Assembly: GCA_016839745.1 (NCBI GenBank)
Contig: JAEOTS010000072.1
Span: forward strand, 1-28,916
Direction: 5' to 3'
Length of the DNA: 28,916 nt
Source of the DNA: Promethearchaeota archaeon
GTDB taxonomy: Archaea > Asgardarchaeota > Lokiarchaeia > Sigyniarchaeales > SOKP01
Shown here: positions 24,966-28,916 of the stretch, one piece after another
How the letters are laid out: the number at the start of each line of letters is the position of its first letter
How positions within the stretch are numbered: position 1 is the stretch's first letter
Translations under genes and position numbers: made by a program
The notes under the pieces: model-generated
What the model was told of the DNA's origin: nothing
Databases searched by the model: none
Seen by the model: only the letters and a program-made list of their open reading frames with translations

Positions 24966-25784
24966 AAATAGGTTTTTCTCTTGTTTTATAAATCCTTCTT
25001 GGATTAGCAGATTCAAAATTTCTTTTAATTTTTTAGAGTCAATTTTTAATTCCCTGAAAATTTCAGCTTCAGTTAAATTACTGCTTGCGATAAGGAGTTT
25101 TAAAATTTTTCCCCTAATTTCTCTATTTGATCCTTTAAATTTTGATTGTTTTCTGTAATGGGCACTCCTTTTATTCAATTCAGGGTGAGTTTTTTTTAAC
25201 ATAACTCCGTAATCCATAAGAGCGTAATACCATTTTCGCACATTAGAGCGATCTAAAGTTTTTCTTACAATTGGCATGATATTACCGTCTTCAATTGAGG
25301 ATTTGCCAGGAAAAAAGAAATAGATATAGACGCGTCTGATGTTCACCTCTATAAAAAAGGTGGGCATATTAAAAGCAAATGCTACTATCGATGAAGCTGT
25401 ATTGTGACCTATCTGAGGAAAGGTTTTTAATATCTCAACATCAGCAGGTACTATTCCATCAAATTCGTCAACTACCTTTTCTGCTATGTTTTTTAGCGCC
25501 ACTGCTCTACGGTTATATCCCAAACCTTGCCAAACTTTTAACACATCATTCAGGGGTGCATGTGCTAAAGATTGGAAATCAGGAAACTCTTGAATGAATT
25601 GTTGAAATTTTTCGACTACTCTACTGGTTTGAGTCTGTTGTAACATCATCTCTGAAACAACAACATTATAAGGGTTAATTTCTTTCCTAAAAGGAAAATC
25701 TCTCCCATATTGTTTAAAATACGAATAAATAATATATTGGAAGGTCCTAATAACCTCTTGATTTAATCCTACCGTTTTATACAA
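24954..25784 (-). CDS. mutY: Short MutY-like HhH-GPD A/G-specific adenine glycosylase with no FeS cluster and a C-terminal winged helix
   Basis: VSEMMLQQT, WQGLGYNRRA, HhH PQIG..TA, IEVNIRRV, ALMDYG and QSKFKGSNR..RG motifs. Confidence 0.85.
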   Translation of the reverse strand: MYKTVGLNQEVIRTFQYIIYSYFKQYGRDFPFRKEINPYNVVVSEMMLQQTQTSRVVEKFQQFIQEFPDFQSLAHAPLNDVLKVWQGLGYNRRAVALKNIAEKVVDEFDGIVPADVEILKTFPQIGHNTASSIVAFAFNMPTFFIEVNIRRVYIYFFFPGKSSIEDGNIMPIVRKTLDRSNVRKWYYALMDYGVMLKKTHPELNKRSAHYRKQSKFKGSNREIRGKILKLLIASSNLTEAEIFRELKIDSKKLKEILNLLIQEGFIKQEKNLFSIA

Positions 25785-25833
25785 TTGATGAAATTCTGTG
25801 ATAAGAATTTGTTAACACCTTATATGGTAAGAA

Positions 25834-26463
25834 TTAATTAAGAGAAAAAAGGATTGAGTTTACTATATAGTTAATATGTTTACTCCTTAGAATCTTACAA
25901 GTTCGAGTTGTTTTCATGAAATTAAAAGATTCTGCTAATGCGGCGAGATACGAGATATTATATAAAATTGAAACATTCTTATCGTTTCGCATATATAACT
26001 TTTCTAATTCTTTCTCAATTTGCTTAACGCTGATAGCTTTTGTTTTTTTTCTCGCCCTTACAATAATTTCTTGCACTGACTCGTTGAAGTGTATTTCCCG
26101 GATGCTTGAAGTTAAGGAACTAACTACAATTGTATACATAATAACCGTGTCAAAATCCGTGCCGTGCATTGCTGCTAGTTTGATTTGAATATCTTGATAT
26201 ATTTCACTTATGTGATTCTCATCCACTCCCTTAATTTTCTTAAAGGGTATAAAAAATTTCATATAATCGCCTTCTAAAAAAAAATGAATGTTCTGATTAA
26301 ATAGATTTTCGTACTTTTTGACGATTTGACCCGAATTTTTAATTTTGATTGAAACTTCAGGCGTTCTACCTATGATTGTATCGCTACCACTCTTGTAAAA
26401 CTGTTGTTTAATAAGATTGTCTGTTGCGTCGTATATACGCTTCAGTTTAGCATCGATTATCAA
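25834..26463 (-). CDS. Hypothetical protein
   Basis: 209-aa ORF co-oriented with mutY; no motif recognised. Confidence 0.7.
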   Translation of the reverse strand: MIIDAKLKRIYDATDNLIKQQFYKSGSDTIIGRTPEVSIKIKNSGQIVKKYENLFNQNIHFFLEGDYMKFFIPFKKIKGVDENHISEIYQDIQIKLAAMHGTDFDTVIMYTIVVSSLTSSIREIHFNESVQEIIVRARKKTKAISVKQIEKELEKLYMRNDKNVSILYNISYLAALAESFNFMKTTRTCKILRSKHINYIVNSILFSLN

Positions 26464-26676
26464 AAATTCTAAACTACATTCTAAAATTTAGTTGAAATTA
26501 TAATAAAAGTAATTTATTTTATTCTTTTCGAAATCTATTCAAAATTAATGAAATTTCAATTTCCAATAGATAAAATTATTTATTAGGAACGGCTTGGGTA
26601 TCATAGTTAATTTATTTTAAGAATTAGAAAAATTATCAAAAAATTAAGAGATAAACTAAACTTTAAGTGATTAAAA

Positions 26677-28395
26677 ATGGGATTAAAATTAGCATCTACC
26701 CTTGCGGTAATGTTTTTATTTGCTCTTATCTATGCTGTAGTCTTTACTATCGGAGTTTGGTTTTTACCAGGTAATCTTTTTGGCCTGTTTATAATGATTG
26801 GATTTACGATTCTAATAATATTATTTCAATATGGCATGGGCCCAATATTCATTAGATGGATGTATAGAATCGATTGGATTCCATACGAGGATTTTGCATA
26901 TAAATACCCCCACTTAGCTGATGCTGTAGATAAAGTTGTTGCAATCCAAGAAATAAAAACCCCTCGGATGGGAATTATACACGATTTAAACCCTCAAGCT
27001 TTTACTTTTGGCTATACTAAAAATAGTGCGAGGTTAGTAATAACAGATGGAATTCTACACTACTTGGATGATAATGAACAGAGAGCTGTAGTTGCTCATG
27101 AGTTAGGTCATATTGTCCACAACGATTTCATTCTTATGACTGTAGTTTTTGCGATTCCACTAATACTATTAACGATTGCTAGATGGTCTTATTATACAGT
27201 ACGATTTTCGAGTTTAAGAAGATCTAGGGATGATGATGCAGGAAGCTACATTTTTTTAGCGTTAATCGTTGTTGCTATAGTCTCTTTCATAGCATACTAT
27301 ATTGGATTTTTAATATCTTTATTCGTAAGTCGAATTCGAGAATACTTTGCGGATCAACACTCTGCTGAATTAACCGAAAATCCAAATATGTTATCAACTG
27401 CTTTAGTTAAAATTGCGTATGGATTGCTCGCAACCGGAACAGAGGCAGAAATTAAAGAAAAACGTAAATCCAGTGTACGAGGGCTTAGGGGTTTAGGTAT
27501 TTTTGATCCGAAGAAAGCTGCAGCTGTAGCTATGCAAACAATGGACGGTACTGGCCGAGTTTCAAAAAGATCAGTGGAAGCTGCCGCAGGGTGGGACTTG
27601 TTCAATCCATGGGCAAAATATTTCCAGATTTTCAGTACTCATCCATTACCAGCAAAAAGAATTCAACGATTGAACGAACAATGCGCGACTTATGGAGTTC
27701 CTGTAGAATACGATTTCTCTGGAGCAAGAGCAATCAAAGAACAACAAGTAGGTAAATCTATGGCGGGTGAATTTATAACTGATCTATTTATTAAAAAACT
27801 ACCCTCTATCATTTTTGTAATATTAATTGCACTCACAGCTGTATGGATATTTGGATTTTTTGGCTTTATAACAATTGGAACCTTAACCACGATTAACAAT
27901 TTAATTCTGTTATGGGCTATCGGATTCATTGTTATGGGATTTGGAGTTATAAGTAGAACTTCCTTCATGTATCGAAAAGGATTCGTGCCTAATAATGTGG
28001 TTGAATTAGTTACAAACATAAATGTTTCTCCAGTTCGCCCCGTACCCTCTATAATCGAAGGCAAAATTGTTGGAAAAGGAATTGCAGGATATTGGATATC
28101 GGAAGACTTGAAATTTCAGGATAATACTGGTCTGATGCACATAGACTACCGATTTGGTTTGAGCATTGTTGATTTCTGGTGGGCGCTCGCGAGAGCAGAT
28201 CGCCTAGTAGGACAGAACGTAAAAATTCAAGGGTGGTACCGAAGGGGTCCAGGTCCATATTTTCAAGTAGACACTATTTGGACTCAAGAAGGTAGAAGGT
28301 TCCGAAACTATTCTAAGCACTTTACATACATTTCGGCAGTAATTTTCTTTCTAATCGGCGCTTTCCTCTTTTATCTGTGGTTTACTGTAATTTAA
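26677..28395 (+). CDS. htpX: M48 family (HtpX-like) membrane zinc metalloprotease, long form
   Basis: PQAFTFG, AHELGH (HExxH), SRIREYFAD, ALVKI and FSTHP..KRI..L motifs, plus a C-terminal TM and beta-rich extension. Confidence 0.9.
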   Translation: MGLKLASTLAVMFLFALIYAVVFTIGVWFLPGNLFGLFIMIGFTILIILFQYGMGPIFIRWMYRIDWIPYEDFAYKYPHLADAVDKVVAIQEIKTPRMGIIHDLNPQAFTFGYTKNSARLVITDGILHYLDDNEQRAVVAHELGHIVHNDFILMTVVFAIPLILLTIARWSYYTVRFSSLRRSRDDDAGSYIFLALIVVAIVSFIAYYIGFLISLFVSRIREYFADQHSAELTENPNMLSTALVKIAYGLLATGTEAEIKEKRKSSVRGLRGLGIFDPKKAAAVAMQTMDGTGRVSKRSVEAAAGWDLFNPWAKYFQIFSTHPLPAKRIQRLNEQCATYGVPVEYDFSGARAIKEQQVGKSMAGEFITDLFIKKLPSIIFVILIALTAVWIFGFFGFITIGTLTTINNLILLWAIGFIVMGFGVISRTSFMYRKGFVPNNVVELVTNINVSPVRPVPSIIEGKIVGKGIAGYWISEDLKFQDNTGLMHIDYRFGLSIVDFWWALARADRLVGQNVKIQGWYRRGPGPYFQVDTIWTQEGRRFRNYSKHFTYISAVIFFLIGAFLFYLWFTVI

Positions 28396-28408
28396 TAATA
28401 ATGAACAA

Positions 28409-28418
28409 TTTTTTTTTT
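28409..28418 (+). terminator. Oligo-T terminator
   Basis: T10 located 13 nt after the htpX stop. Confidence 0.5.
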
Positions 28419-28504
28419 ATTCTTTTTGACATTAATCTTATTTGATAGGATATTTTTTAAAATGATATTTCTTAACTGTAAATTACTATAAGAGAGATGT
28501 GAAA

Positions 28505-28916
28505 ATGTCGGGTCATGATAAAAAGGGAGTAGAACTGATGACGCCTTTAAAAAATTCAAAATCTTTAAATGCAGTTATAGGTAAAGCAGATGCGGTTTAT
28601 TTTGGGGTAGAAGCTTTTAATATGAGAATGTTTAGCGATAATTTCAAGTTAGACGATTTAATCAGTATCGTAAAAAAATGCCACGATAACAATATTCTGG
28701 CTTATATGACAACGAATGTGATAGTATATGAAAACGAATTGAACCTCCTCAATAAAGTGTTAGATAAGGCAGTCGAAGCAGAAATTGACGCTGTGATCGT
28801 ACACGATATTGGAGTTATTGAAACCGTTAAAGAAAAGGGGTTATCGTTTCACGTTTCAACTCAGGCCAATATCTCAAATTCTCGGACTGCAAACTTCTAT
28901 GAAAAGTTAGGAGCTG
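28505..28916 (+). CDS. Peptidase U32 family protein (TrhP/RlhA-like), truncated by the window edge
   Basis: Own translation: MSGHDKKGVELMTP...ADAVYFG..FNMR...NF...AYMTTN...IDAVIVHDIG...FHVSTQANISN, which are U32 N-terminal motifs. Confidence 0.88.
   Translation, partial: MSGHDKKGVELMTPLKNSKSLNAVIGKADAVYFGVEAFNMRMFSDNFKLDDLISIVKKCHDNNILAYMTTNVIVYENELNLLNKVLDKAVEAEIDAVIVHDIGVIETVKEKGLSFHVSTQANISNSRTANFYEKLGA

Noticed and set aside
378-28258. Overlapping ORFs in the track (e.g. 378-569, 2251-2832, 2593-2808, 4604-4888, 6059-6739, 10258-10694, 18682-20864, 25916-26188, 27354-28258)
   Set aside because: They lie antisense to or within well-supported genes and have shadow-ORF composition (I/F/S-rich) with no recognisable motifs.
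1-28916. tRNA, rRNA, CRISPR array, transposase or integrase
   Set aside because: No GC-rich structured islands, regularly spaced repeats or mobile-element ORFs were recognised by eye. A covariance-model scan would be needed to exclude small ncRNAs.

Overview
An AT-rich archaeal window. The archaeal ThyA, archaeal CdhA, MptN/RimK-like ligase, SAMP/MoaD-like protein, small GTPase and non-canonical SMC point by inference to an Asgard archaeon, probably Lokiarchaeia. Three accessory modules stand out. (1) 1-3905: an ArsR/Acr3 arsenic locus in which acr3 is followed by a SAM-methyltransferase fused to a complete HgcA-like corrinoid/membrane protein (cap motif NVWCAARG), with a Cys-rich protein nearby and no hgcB in view. 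(2) 4137-10106: a tight four-gene operon of a catalytically dead classic-clade AAA+ protein, an SMC5/6-like SMC, a kleisin-like protein and a KITE-like protein. The SMC N-terminal head with its Walker A lies upstream of the ORF-track start and has no canonical in-frame start codon. (3) 10131-11583: an MglA/Rup-like small GTPase with an atypical G3 motif, coupled to an unknown protein that may be longin-like. The rest is mostly housekeeping: RimK/MptN, Maf, two Sec59-type polyprenol kinases, SAMP, ThyA, an orphan CdhA, TatD, a formylglutamate amidohydrolase-like protein, a B12 radical SAM enzyme, a short MutY, HtpX and a partial U32 protein. No RNA genes, CRISPR arrays or mobile elements were recognised. 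All family assignments come from motif recognition by eye; no searches were run.
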